Notes under the pieces: generated by a model
Databases searched by the model: none
Seen by the model: the letters and a program-made list of their open reading frames with translations, nothing else
What the model was told of the DNA's origin: nothing
Translations under genes and position numbers: made by a program
Part shown: positions 1-9,764 of the stretch, one piece after another
Numbering within the stretch: the stretch's first letter is position 1
Layout of the letters: each line of letters opens with the position of its first letter
Origin: Candidatus Poribacteria bacterium
GTDB taxonomy: Bacteria; Poribacteria; WGA-4E; JAJDTR01
Assembly: GCA_965222225.1 (NCBI GenBank)
Contig: CBDCTK010000002.1
Coordinates: forward strand, 3,008,001 to 3,072,000
Direction of reading: 5' to 3'
DNA: 64,000 bases

Positions 1-290
1 AAGAAGAAGGGTGACACATCGCCGTCAACTGGAAATGTAGGTGTCATTGTTTCAAACCATACTGGTTGCTTTTTTAGTGGAATTGTCTCGGGCATGACTT
101 GAATCGTGTCAGGTAAAGCCCGGTTAAAATCATCGTAGAGTTCCAACAGTGTAGCAAAGGCATCTATAGCGTTGTTTAGCGCCTCTTCGATTGAATTACC
201 TTCGGTTATCAGTTCAGGCAGTTCTTTACATGTGACTGTGTAGCCACCTTCTGATTGAGGTGTTAGTGCCACGGTTATTCTATAACTCAC
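1..290 (-). CDS. hicB: HicB-family antitoxin (runs off window start)
   Basis: Manual translation from GTG at 290 (GAGG RBS upstream): MSYRITVALTPQSEGGYTVTCKELPELITEGNSIEEALNNAIDAF, the typical HicB N-terminal pattern. Confidence 0.8.
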   Translation of the reverse strand, partial: MSYRITVALTPQSEGGYTVTCKELPELITEGNSIEEALNNAIDAFATLLELYDDFNRALPDTIQVMPETIPLKKQPVWFETMTPTFPVDGDVSPFF

Positions 291-311
291 TGTAATACCT
301 CGCCTCCCAGT

Positions 312-485
312 TATACCATTTCTCTATACTTGCAGTGCATTAATAGGGTCAATGAGTCCTTCCAATGCGGGGCAAGATGCCCCGCCTACCGCTTTTGGTG
401 TGCAGGGCAATGGTTGGGATCGGTTTTTTCATAATCGTATAATTGAAAACATAATTACGCACTCTCATTCAAGCGATATGGTATT
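312..485. mobile_element. ~175 bp MITE-like element with internal REP hairpin (copy 1)
   Basis: Ends TATACCA...TGGTATT; alignable along its length with 44796-44970; contains GCGGGGCAAGATGCCCCGCCTAC. Confidence 0.65.
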
Positions 486-1300
486 AGTAAGTTTTCTTGT
501 AACTGTTTAGTCTATTGATTTCTAGCGGGAAAGCATGGCAATTGGTTGAGAAACCAAGCGTGAATGGTTTAACGAATGTTCGCCTTATTATTGCAAAGGC
601 GCGCCTAGTGCTATTGGCTACTGAACCATTTATCGGAGATATTCACATGCCGCTCCGCTGGAGCGGAAGAAACCGATATCTCTTGGCTACAAACATGGCA
701 CTCCGCTGGAGTGCAAGACGTAATCAACCCTTAGATACAAAAGCCCAACTCTGTTGCAAGGGTTTCGCGTCAGCAGAGCGCTATCTAAACCATGCGGGGA
801 TTTGACTATCCGCCACCTGCTATTACTAAACACCTACGTTTTCTTAGTTCTTCGGGAATACATCCTTTACTTTAGTCTCCGTAAATCGTCGTAATTTTCT
901 CAAGGTTGTTAAAACCGGTGTCAAATCAAGCATTCATTTCTGCTTTAGTGGCGAGTTGCTTTAAATCCTGTTTTGTCGGAATATTTAACAAAATTGAGAG
1001 CCCCTATACCAAATACCAAGCATTGTGATAATCAGTGATATTGTTTGCCACCAACTTTGCCTTTCGAGAGTAACTGCTCCGTGGATTGAGGTGGTTTCCC
1101 ACTGTACCAGCACATTATATCAGAAGTTGGAGTTAGTATCAAGGAGAACTCGAAATGGCTCAGGGGAACGCAGATCTGCGTTCCCTACGGGGTTACTCGC
1201 TAACGTTGCCGCGAAGATTTGCCGCCGGGAGGGGTCGGCGTTGGGTTTCGCTGGGCTCAACCTACGGGTTGGTGTACCGGAGTATGCCTACTACTGACAA

Positions 1301-1552
1301 CTATTCGATCGCTCGGATGCTTGCGACTTGGGGGGCGTGGCGTGGAAGTCGGCGGTCGCGGAAGCGGGGTTCGGGCACATAGCCGGAGTAGTCCGAAATC
1401 CCGCCGTGCGTCAAGGAATAGACTGCGACGTTCGTCATGAATCTGTAGACGCCGGGAGAGTAATGGACACCAAAGCCGGGTATGCTGACGCTGCGCATCG
1501 CGCACAGATAGTCTCGACGGCTAATTAGAACGGACAACCTGTCGCCAACCAA
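1301..1552 (-). pseudogene. C-terminal fragment resembling DUF4159 proteins
   Basis: GDRLSVLISRRDYLCAM...FMTNVAVYSLTHGG resembles the DUF4159 C-terminus; no N-terminal part, flanked by repeats. Confidence 0.4.
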
Positions 1553-1724
1553 AAAACGCGCGGCGTTCCACCTAGTTCCGATGCTCGATCGCGCTCAGAA
1601 TCTCACGAAGCATAGTGAAACCCAACGGAGACGCGATTCAGGAAACGTGAGTGTTGGGTTTCGCTCTCTCCACCCATTCGGTCGCTTGATTCCTACAATC
1701 AGATACGTTCCCCACTGGATTCAA

Positions 1725-3590
1725 CTACGAATCAAGTTGAGCTTTGTAGTCGATGGCTTTGCCGAGAAGATAGATGAGTTCGTCAACCTGCTCGTTGTCG
1801 AACTCCGGATAGACGCCTTTGACAACGCGACGAACTTCCTCCAAACTTCCGTCCTTTGCCCAGTAGCTCTCCCGCAGGATTTCGGCGAATTCTGCCACGG
1901 CTGCCGTGAGACGAAACGGCGCCGACGCCGTCTCAAACGACTCATGCAGTTGCGACAGGAGGATGTCTTCTCCAATTTCGGTGACTTTATGGCTGTCGGG
2001 ATCGGCGTAGCGAATCGAGGCGGTCGCGATTTTTCCGGATGCCCCTTCGCGCAACTTTACCTCATACAGCGCGGTCACGCAGTGACCCGAGCCGATTTCC
2101 CCGGCGTCAACGGTGTCATCGCGGAATTGGTGGTTTTCGAGGAAACGATTCTCATAGCCGAGCAGACGGGATCGGCTGACAACCTCCGGATTGAAATCGA
2201 CTTGAATTTTCGCGTCTTTGGCGATGACCTGCAGCGTGCCCGTCAGATCTTCTACAAAGATGCGCCTCGCCTCGCTAAGGGTGTCAACGTAGGCGTAGTT
2301 CCCGTTCCCGGCGTTCGCGAGTTTCTCCATGAGGATGTCGTTGTAGTTTCCCATCCCAAATCCGACGGTTGACAGCGTGATTCCGCGTTTAACGTGGGCG
2401 CGTATCTCCTTCAGGATTTCTTCCGGACCGGTTCGCCCGACATTGGCGACACCGTCCGAGCAGAGTATCACGCGATTGATGCGATCGACCTCGGCGTTGC
2501 GCCAAGCGAGGTCGTATCCGATGCGCAATCCTTCTTCAGCATTGGTCGATCCGTCCGGATATAGGGAATCAATGGCCGCCAGGATCTCGGCGCGTCGGTT
2601 TACTCCCGTATGCGGCAGCATCAGCCTTCCCCGCGAGCCGTAGACGACGATGCCCACTTTGTCGGTGGGTCGAAGTTGATCGACAAGCAGCCTTAACGCC
2701 CTCTTCACCAGCCCCAATCGGTTTTCCCGCTCCATTGAGCCGGACACGTCAACCACAAAGGTCAACGCCGCGTCTTTTCGGTCTTCGTCGGGTATCACGC
2801 GGCCCTTCAATCCGATTCTTAGCAGATGGGTACGCTTGCTATCGGCGAATATTGACGGCGCGCCTTCAAGGTGGATGGCGAATGCGCCCTCGGTCGGGGC
2901 GGCATAATCGTATTTGAAGGCATTGACGAACTCCTCGACGCGCACGGCTTCCGACGGGGGCAGATGCCCCTCCGTCAAGTAGCTGCGGGTAACCGAATAC
3001 GACGCCGTATCGACATCCATCGCGAACGTCGAAAGATGTTCGTCCTCCGTATCAAGGAAGGGATTGACGCCGGCGCTCTTGAAATACATATCGGGATAGG
3101 CGGCGGCGTTTGGCGGTTTGAGTTGGGGAGCTGTTCGATAGGCGGCTGTATCCGCAACGGCTGATAAGTGTGTCTTCGCGGCTACTTTTGTAGATGCCGG
3201 AGTGTTCTTAGGACTATGGTTGGAAGAAGATGGAACCACCATATGTCTACTTATCTGCGATGGATGAGCGTCTGATGCTTCTATGCGCGCCACCTTTGAG
3301 GAAAACTCTAACACGGACGTTGGCTGGTAATTGGAAACCGCCCGCATTGCAAGTGGAGGTCTGCGTTCCCCGTGCGGCGATGGCTGCGTTCCAATTGCCG
3401 AAACCCTGCCCGCCATGGCAGGTTTCCGCATTTTTTGTTTCGGGGGAGCCTGTTCCGACAAAAATGCAACAGTGATCGTATCATCCGGCTGTGGAGTTTT
3501 CGTCACCCAATAGGCGCCAATAAGCAACACGGCAGCGGTGTGTATCATCAACGAAGCCATTAACGCGCCCGACAGTTTCTTGAATTTCAT
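1725..3590 (-). CDS. YfbK-like von Willebrand factor A domain protein, N-terminally anchored
   Basis: STFAMDVDTASY, VRVEEFVNAF, MIDAS DVSGSM, SDGVANVG, RLLGYENR and DAGEIGSGH motifs; hydrophobic N-terminus. Confidence 0.9.
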   Translation of the reverse strand: MKFKKLSGALMASLMIHTAAVLLIGAYWVTKTPQPDDTITVAFLSEQAPPKQKMRKPAMAGRVSAIGTQPSPHGERRPPLAMRAVSNYQPTSVLEFSSKVARIEASDAHPSQISRHMVVPSSSNHSPKNTPASTKVAAKTHLSAVADTAAYRTAPQLKPPNAAAYPDMYFKSAGVNPFLDTEDEHLSTFAMDVDTASYSVTRSYLTEGHLPPSEAVRVEEFVNAFKYDYAAPTEGAFAIHLEGAPSIFADSKRTHLLRIGLKGRVIPDEDRKDAALTFVVDVSGSMERENRLGLVKRALRLLVDQLRPTDKVGIVVYGSRGRLMLPHTGVNRRAEILAAIDSLYPDGSTNAEEGLRIGYDLAWRNAEVDRINRVILCSDGVANVGRTGPEEILKEIRAHVKRGITLSTVGFGMGNYNDILMEKLANAGNGNYAYVDTLSEARRIFVEDLTGTLQVIAKDAKIQVDFNPEVVSRSRLLGYENRFLENHQFRDDTVDAGEIGSGHCVTALYEVKLREGASGKIATASIRYADPDSHKVTEIGEDILLSQLHESFETASAPFRLTAAVAEFAEILRESYWAKDGSLEEVRRVVKGVYPEFDNEQVDELIYLLGKAIDYKAQLDS

Positions 3591-3687
3591 GATGTGTCCT
3601 CCGATATTTGGATAGGAAGGATGGAAGTGTGGAAGGTTGGAAGATTCCTTTCCACGGCAGTTTTAATTAGGTTTAGTTAAAGCGAAG

Positions 3688-3703
3688 AGCAAGTAATGTG
3701 CCA
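3688..3703 (-). promoter_or_regulatory. sigma-54 (-24/-12) promoter for the vWA gene
   Basis: Minus strand TGGCACATTACTTGCT (GG-N10-GC), ~100 bp upstream of the start. Confidence 0.8.
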
Positions 3704-4140
3704 TCAGCATCAGTGCGATTGTATGGCGATCTCGTGGCTTGAGTGCACCAGATTGGTCAAGGCTGGTGTTTGTATTGCCCTGCTTTGTGCAAAAGGCGGG
3801 ATTGTTGTTCAGATGTAGTGTAGGGTATCAAGCGAGTGAATAGATCAAGGGAACGATCAACTGAGTGGACAACGAAGGCGATAGAAGATCCCATAGTGAC
3901 CGCGATAGTAAATCCCGTGCGATAGGAATTTCGCTTCTTGCAGGGTGGCTTGATCCCAACCTACGGGCTATCGCGCTCCTTATTCAGTCGCTTGATCGGT
4001 TTCGGGAAGGGTTGAATCTTATTGATTGTCGTTGGAATCGGATTCAAAATATGATACGATGGCTTTATGTTTGCTGCGGGTGCATCAAGGTGGCGGCGAT
4101 GCCATAGTTCGGCAGGCTAAACGACATGAGGAGGGTTAAC

Positions 4141-4950
4141 ATGAGTGAACATCTTATCTCATCAAAGGAGATGGCGCAGTTTGTGGCTTCCGGCTACCTG
4201 AAGTTCGAGGAGATGGTGCCGAAAGATTTGTCCGACGCATGCCTTGAGGACATGAAAAACCACCGCGGTTATCTCGAGGTTGGTACCCCGTTCGAGGAGA
4301 CTTGGCCCAAGGGCACGCCGCTCGGCGATGTGTTCCGTTTGCCGCAGGTCAAAGGGCTGATCCATTCGTTGGTCGGTCCGAATCCGGTCTATGATCATCA
4401 CGCGGTGCATCTGCAGCGGGCGAACAGTATGAAGGGACCGGACACGCACCAGGACTCGGTCATCGACTTTCGCGAGAACTATTTCGACATCCAGTTGTCG
4501 TTCTTCGCGCACGACACGCCCGACGAGATGGGCGGTACGTTCCTGATTCCGGGATCGCATTTCCGAAATGTTCGCACGGGGGAGATTCGCGGCTACCATC
4601 AGATCTCCGGCAAAATCTGGGCGACGTGCCCGGCGGGGACGATGTATGTCTGGAACACGCGAGTCTGGCACGGCGGGCGCAGCAACTATACCGATAAAGA
4701 TCGCTACATGTACAAGCTGCGGCTCAACCCGTCGCAACCTCAGGTGCGCAATTTCGATACATCGGATATCGACGACCCGAAGATAGGAAGCATTCTTTCG
4801 AAGGGGCACGGCTGGGAAGGCAACGACATGCGGTATGAGTTGATGAAGCGCGTCCAGCTGTGGCGGTATGTTTCTGATCAGCCGGAGTACGATATCGGCG
4901 AGCGTTTCATGCGCAGGATTGAGTACCAGCCGCAAAGGATGTCGGCTTAA
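4141..4950 (+). CDS. Phytanoyl-CoA dioxygenase (PhyH) family Fe/2OG oxygenase
   Basis: HQD motif, GGTFLIPGSH, distal WHG..R..N; GAGGAGG RBS before ATG 4141. Confidence 0.9.
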   Translation: MSEHLISSKEMAQFVASGYLKFEEMVPKDLSDACLEDMKNHRGYLEVGTPFEETWPKGTPLGDVFRLPQVKGLIHSLVGPNPVYDHHAVHLQRANSMKGPDTHQDSVIDFRENYFDIQLSFFAHDTPDEMGGTFLIPGSHFRNVRTGEIRGYHQISGKIWATCPAGTMYVWNTRVWHGGRSNYTDKDRYMYKLRLNPSQPQVRNFDTSDIDDPKIGSILSKGHGWEGNDMRYELMKRVQLWRYVSDQPEYDIGERFMRRIEYQPQRMSA

Positions 4951-5230
4951 ATCGAGAGAAGATAAGAAAATCGGCGATTTGATGATTGGAGATTATGGGC
5001 GATGAAGTGTTGGGGTTCGCTTGAATTGCGGCGTTTTCGGGCAGAATGGAACATCGGACATTTTCTTGCCGTGCGTGAATTCTCTTGGACTTCCGCTCAA
5101 CCCAACCTCTACGGTCTGACATATTCAAAGGCTGGTGGGCAGTGCCCACCCTACAGGGAGAGGATTAGTGCAAAAAGGCGAAGTGGTGATTTGATGATTG
5201 GAGATTCTGCCAACCTCGTGCCTAGAGATC

Positions 5231-7762
5231 CTATTTGTTGACGAGCATTCTGCGGGTGGTGGTGAAATCGTCTGCGGTGAGGGTGCAAAAGTAGATGCCG
5301 GTGGCGACGGGTTCGCCGTATTGATTGCGCCCGTCCCAATACGCTGCACGGCCTCGGCTCTGATATAGGCCTGCGGGCTGGTAGCCAATCTCCAGTGCTT
5401 GCACCGTCCCTCCGTGCACGTCATGAATCGTCAAGGTGACATCCGCCGGCACCTGCAACTGATAGGGTATCCATGTCTCCGGATTGAACGGATTGGGGTA
5501 ATTTGGCAACAGGGCTGTCTCGGTCGGAATGTATGTCTGCCGCGTCAGCGCCGTCAACAGTCGTTCAAGCGTAATGATTCCTCGCTGCACGGTTGGATCT
5601 GCCGTCTCCAGTTGCTTAGCGTCATTCAGCCACTTCTTCACATCCTCGGCCGTGAGGGCTCCACGTCCACCCGCGTGGCTGGAAGGGGCGGCGGCGTCTC
5701 CCAACGCATCGGCGACCAGTTCCAAATCCTTGAGGTTTGCAACCCCATCTCCGTTGACATCCGCACCATCTTGCCTCAATTTCCCGAAATGCGAGGCGAC
5801 CAACACCAAGTCCAGGATGTTCGTGATTCCATCGCGGTTGACATCGGTCACACCGAATTCACCTGGGTTTGTGTAAGGAGTCGTGTCCCAAAACAGGATT
5901 GTTCCATCCAAACTTCCGCTGGCAAGCCCAATTCCATCCGGGTGAAACGCTACACTCGTAACCTCAGACGTATGACCCTTGAACGTACCCAGCAGATCGC
6001 CCGTAGCAGCATCCCACAGGCGGACAGTATCATCACTCCCTCCACTTGCCAGCGTCACCCCATCCGGACTGAAGGAGACGCTCTCGATCCAATGCGTATG
6101 TCCCTTAAGCGTCCGTACTAGCACATCTCTATTCGCATCCCACAGACGAACCGTACGGTCACGACTCCCGCTGGCAAGCTTCAAGCCATCCGGGCTAAAT
6201 GCGAGACTAGTGATGTTGGATGAGTGTCCTTGAAGCGTGCGCCTGCGCGCACCCGTGGCGGCATCCCATAGATGGATGGCACCGTCGTAGCTCCCACTGG
6301 CTAGCGTCACGCCATCGGGCGAATAGGTCACGGACAATACCACGCCCGTGTTTTCGTCAATTAATCGCACTTGCTCGCCGGTGGCTACATCCCACAAACG
6401 AATGGTACTGTCCCAACCTGCACTGGCGAGGGTCAAACCGTTCGGACTGTACGCCACATCGGTAACCCAAAGCGAGTGTCCCCCAAGCGTTCGTCGCCCG
6501 CCGGTGAGGGCATCCCAGAGATGGAGGCTGCCGTCTCTACTCCCACTGGCAAACGTCAAGCCGTCGGGACTGTACGCCACGCTAATGACTTCCTTCTCAC
6601 CCGCTTGAAGCGTTCGCACCTGCGCACCCGCAGTCGTATCCCATAGACGGATAGCGCTGTCCCAACTCCCGCTGACGAGCCTTTTCCCGTCCGGACTGTA
6701 CGCAATGCTATTGATCCAGGAGGAATGCGCGTTGATTGAGCGCGCCAACTCACCCGTAGTTATATCCCATAGGCGGATGGAATGGTCCCAACTCACACTA
6801 ACAAGCGTTTTTCCGTCCGGGCTGACCGCAATCTTCGGGTTAAACGAAAGATCTCTCCTGCTGGTAGAGGTAACCTCATCAAACGTTAACTTTTGGCCAC
6901 CGGTATCCGGATCCCACAGCCTGACCGTACCGAACCAGCCGCCACTCGCAAGTGTCTTTCCGTCCGGGCTGTATGTAAGGCTATTGACCCAATCCCTGGC
7001 CACATCAAGCGTGCGGATGTGTTCGCCGGTGAGGGCATCCCACAAGCGGATGCCACCATCCCAGCTCCCGCTGGCAAGCGTTTTCCCGTCCGGGCTGTAC
7101 GTTACGCTGCTTACCTCCCACGTATGCCCCTCCTCAAGCGTCTGTACCTGTGCACCCGTATCCACGTCCCACAGACGTACCTCGCTCGAACTCCCGCTTG
7201 CAAGCGTGTCTCCGTCGGGGCTAAACGCGACGGTAGGGACCATCCATGTATGGCCTTCAAGCGCCCGTATGTGCTCACCAGTAACCACATTCCACAGGTG
7301 AAGGTTGCCACTCCAACCTCCGGCTGCAAGGGTTAAACCATCCGGGCTGAACGCCAAGCTAAAGGCGGGACTCGTATGCCCCTCAAGTGTCCTCTTGTGC
7401 GCTCCCGTCCCCACATCCCACAGATGGATGGTTTTGTCCCCACTCCCAGTCGCAAGCGTCAAGCCATTCGGACTGAATTCCATACTGTCGATCCAAGCCG
7501 TGTGTCCGTTGAGCAGGGCACTCTCTTGAAAATTCGTTGTGTCATAGAGCCAAATCCCCAGGCTACTCGCAACCGCGAGGCGCGCGCCATCCGGGGAGTA
7601 GGCGACGGGACCGGTCAGTGAGCCTTTACCTAGCCGCATAGAGGCGCCTTCGGGCAACTTCCGTTGCGGGGAGTCTTGGGCGACGGCGTTGAGTGAAAAT
7701 AGGATGGAAAGGAATAGAAGGCAGGGCTTGAACGAAAGCGTGTTTTTCACCAACATCGTCAT
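5231..7762 (-). CDS. Secreted WD40-repeat protein with dockerin-like EF-hands and C-terminal FlgD-Ig/T9SS-like domain
   Basis: Signal peptide; about 14 FSPDG..LASGS.D..LWD repeats; DVNRDGITNILDL and DVNGDGVANLKDL; NYPNPFNPETWIPYQL tail. Confidence 0.92.
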   Translation of the reverse strand: MTMLVKNTLSFKPCLLFLSILFSLNAVAQDSPQRKLPEGASMRLGKGSLTGPVAYSPDGARLAVASSLGIWLYDTTNFQESALLNGHTAWIDSMEFSPNGLTLATGSGDKTIHLWDVGTGAHKRTLEGHTSPAFSLAFSPDGLTLAAGGWSGNLHLWNVVTGEHIRALEGHTWMVPTVAFSPDGDTLASGSSSEVRLWDVDTGAQVQTLEEGHTWEVSSVTYSPDGKTLASGSWDGGIRLWDALTGEHIRTLDVARDWVNSLTYSPDGKTLASGGWFGTVRLWDPDTGGQKLTFDEVTSTSRRDLSFNPKIAVSPDGKTLVSVSWDHSIRLWDITTGELARSINAHSSWINSIAYSPDGKRLVSGSWDSAIRLWDTTAGAQVRTLQAGEKEVISVAYSPDGLTFASGSRDGSLHLWDALTGGRRTLGGHSLWVTDVAYSPNGLTLASAGWDSTIRLWDVATGEQVRLIDENTGVVLSVTYSPDGVTLASGSYDGAIHLWDAATGARRRTLQGHSSNITSLAFSPDGLKLASGSRDRTVRLWDANRDVLVRTLKGHTHWIESVSFSPDGVTLASGGSDDTVRLWDAATGDLLGTFKGHTSEVTSVAFHPDGIGLASGSLDGTILFWDTTPYTNPGEFGVTDVNRDGITNILDLVLVASHFGKLRQDGADVNGDGVANLKDLELVADALGDAAAPSSHAGGRGALTAEDVKKWLNDAKQLETADPTVQRGIITLERLLTALTRQTYIPTETALLPNYPNPFNPETWIPYQLQVPADVTLTIHDVHGGTVQALEIGYQPAGLYQSRGRAAYWDGRNQYGEPVATGIYFCTLTADDFTTTRRMLVNK

Positions 7763-8236
7763 TCTCCTTTAGGAAGCGTCGCTCCAACAAGTGAATTTGT
7801 CAGTTTCGAGCGGCAAAACGAATGATTTTGAACGTCTTTTCAAGTAGTTTTGCGCCCAATTTTGATGGATGAAAGTGTATGCTTCGACCAAAGTGCAACA
7901 TCTGTGCCAATGGGAAACCTGATTCATACTGCTCTCGGTGATGGGTTTTTTGGTTCAGGTGCACGGAATAGGTCAAGGAATTGGGTTCGCGTTGCCCTGC
8001 ACGGTGCAGAAGTAGGGGGATTTGGGCGCGATCCCGGAGCGTTGCTTGCGGCAGAGGTCGCGACCGGGAGATCGCTCCTACAAAAATCAACACCTCAGGA
8101 TTCACTATCGCCTTCCTTATCCAGTCAGTTGATCATTCGCTATTCGCTCAGAATTCGCTCAGATGATCCTTATTCAGTCGCTTGAGAAGATCCCTATCGC
8201 GCTCCTTATTCAGTCGCTTGATCGCTTTGATTGCCG

Positions 8237-8265
8237 TTGACATCAAATTCAATGTATGGTACGAT
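8237..8265 (+). promoter_or_regulatory. sigma-70-type promoter
   Basis: TTGACA-17 bp-TACGAT upstream of the 8378 ORF. Confidence 0.6.
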
Positions 8266-8377
8266 GATTTTGCGGGTTGACGACGGCGCACCAGAGACAC
8301 GCTGCCGCTTTCACGGTCGGCTGTGGCGTTCCCACGTAAGCCGCAATGTCCAGACGATTTCCAAGGAGAGGAACTAT

Positions 8378-8674
8378 ATGCCGAAGGTTCAGGATATCTT
8401 AGTGTTTTTCCAAGCAAGTCCCGGGCTCGATATTACCCCCTCCGCGTGGTCGCGGTACGAGGCTTCCAAGGGCACGGGGATTAAGAATCTTGTTGAGGAG
8501 ACGGAACCCCCATACAAAAACGCGTTGGCTGCGATGCGCGACGGATGGCAGGTCATCCAGATGAGCGAGATGAAGCATCGCACCGCCGCCGACGGATATG
8601 AACTTGGACCGCTGCCGTATCAGACGGTGTTGTCGCGGTTCTGTGAATTACAAGACAAGGAGGAAGGTTCATAA
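8378..8674 (+). CDS. Small hypothetical protein translationally coupled to PhyH
   Basis: AAGGAG RBS, ATG 8378; stop overlaps next start (TAATG). Confidence 0.75.
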   Translation: MPKVQDILVFFQASPGLDITPSAWSRYEASKGTGIKNLVEETEPPYKNALAAMRDGWQVIQMSEMKHRTAADGYELGPLPYQTVLSRFCELQDKEEGS

Positions 8675-9482
8675 TGAACGAGCATCTCATCTCATCAAAG
8701 GAAATGGCGCAGTTTGTGGCTGCCGGCTATCTGAAGTTCGAAGAGATGGTGCCGAAAGATTTGTCTGACGCATGTCTGGAGGACATGAAAAACCACCGCG
8801 GTTATCTTGAGGTGGGCACCCCGTTCGAGGAGACGTGGCCCACGGGTTCGCCACTCGGCGACGTGTTCCGGTTGCCGCAGGTCAAAGGGCTGATCCATTC
8901 GTTGGTCGGTCCAAATCCGCTTTATGACCACCACGCGGTGCATCTGCTGCGAGCGAACAAGATGACGGGACCTAACATGCACCAGGACTCGGTCATCGAT
9001 TTCCGTGAGAACTATTTCGACATCCAGTTGTCGTTCTTCCCGCACGACACGCCCGACGAGATGGGGGGACGTTCCTGATTCCGGGATCGCATTTCCGAAA
9101 CGTGCGCACGTTCGAGGTCAAATGCTACCAACAGGTGACCGGCAAAATTTGGGCGACGTGCCCCGCGGGGACGATGTATGTCTGGAACACGCGGGTTTGG
9201 CACGGCGCGCGCAGCAACTATACCGATCAGGATCGGTACATGTATAAGTTGCGGCTCAACCCGTCGCAACCCCAGGTTCGGAATTTCGATACATCGGATA
9301 TCGACGACCCGAAGATTGGAAGCATTCTCTCGAAGGGGCACGGCTGGGAAGGCAACGACATGCGATATGAGATCATGAAGCGCGTCCAGATGTGGCGGTA
9401 TGTCTCCGATCAGCCGGATTTCGATATCGGCGAGCGATTCATGCGTAGGATTGAGTACCAGCCGCAGCGGATGTCGGCGTAA
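8674..9482 (+). pseudogene. PhyH-family dioxygenase, close paralog of 4141-4950, frameshifted at a G run near 9063-9068
   Basis: ORFs 8674-9078 and 9102-9482 together match the paralog; ATGGGGGGACG is one base short of ATG GGN GGN ACG. Confidence 0.85.
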
Positions 9483-9678
9483 GACAGTGGATAGTGGATC
9501 TCTATGGGAACTCTATCAAGATCTTCTATCGCCTTCGTTAGCCACTCAGTTGATCATTCGCTATTCGGTCCATTGATCGATAGAGATCCCTTCAACTGAC
9601 TGAATGGTTTTCTCGCTAAGAATGTATGATATAGGACTTACGCATGTTGGACTCTCAAAGCGAATACGAGTTCCGGAA

Positions 9679-9710
9679 GAAACCGAGTTTTCAAGAAAAA
9701 ACTCGGTTTC
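9679..9710. repeat. GAAACCGAGTTTT...AAAAACTCGGTTTC palindrome family
   Basis: Copies at 9679-9710, 15328-15359, 42438-42469; degenerate copies near 41457, 47570, 57967. Confidence 0.8.
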
Positions 9711-9764
9711 AATATGCTTTGATAGACATTAAATACTTTGAGAATGAACCACTGAACAAGGGGG

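Noticed and set aside
840-1000. Possible coiled-coil gene remnant (PTKQDLKQLATKAEMNA) on minus strand
   Set aside because: Too short and broken by stops to support a call.
4141-9482. PhyH paralog pairs as DGR template/variable regions
   Set aside because: Differences are not adenine-specific, whole genes are duplicated, and no reverse transcriptase is present.
9632-9648. TAGGACTTACGCA-like IS701-type ends (also ~27278, 55437)
   Set aside because: Partner ends could not be placed with confidence, so no element was delimited.
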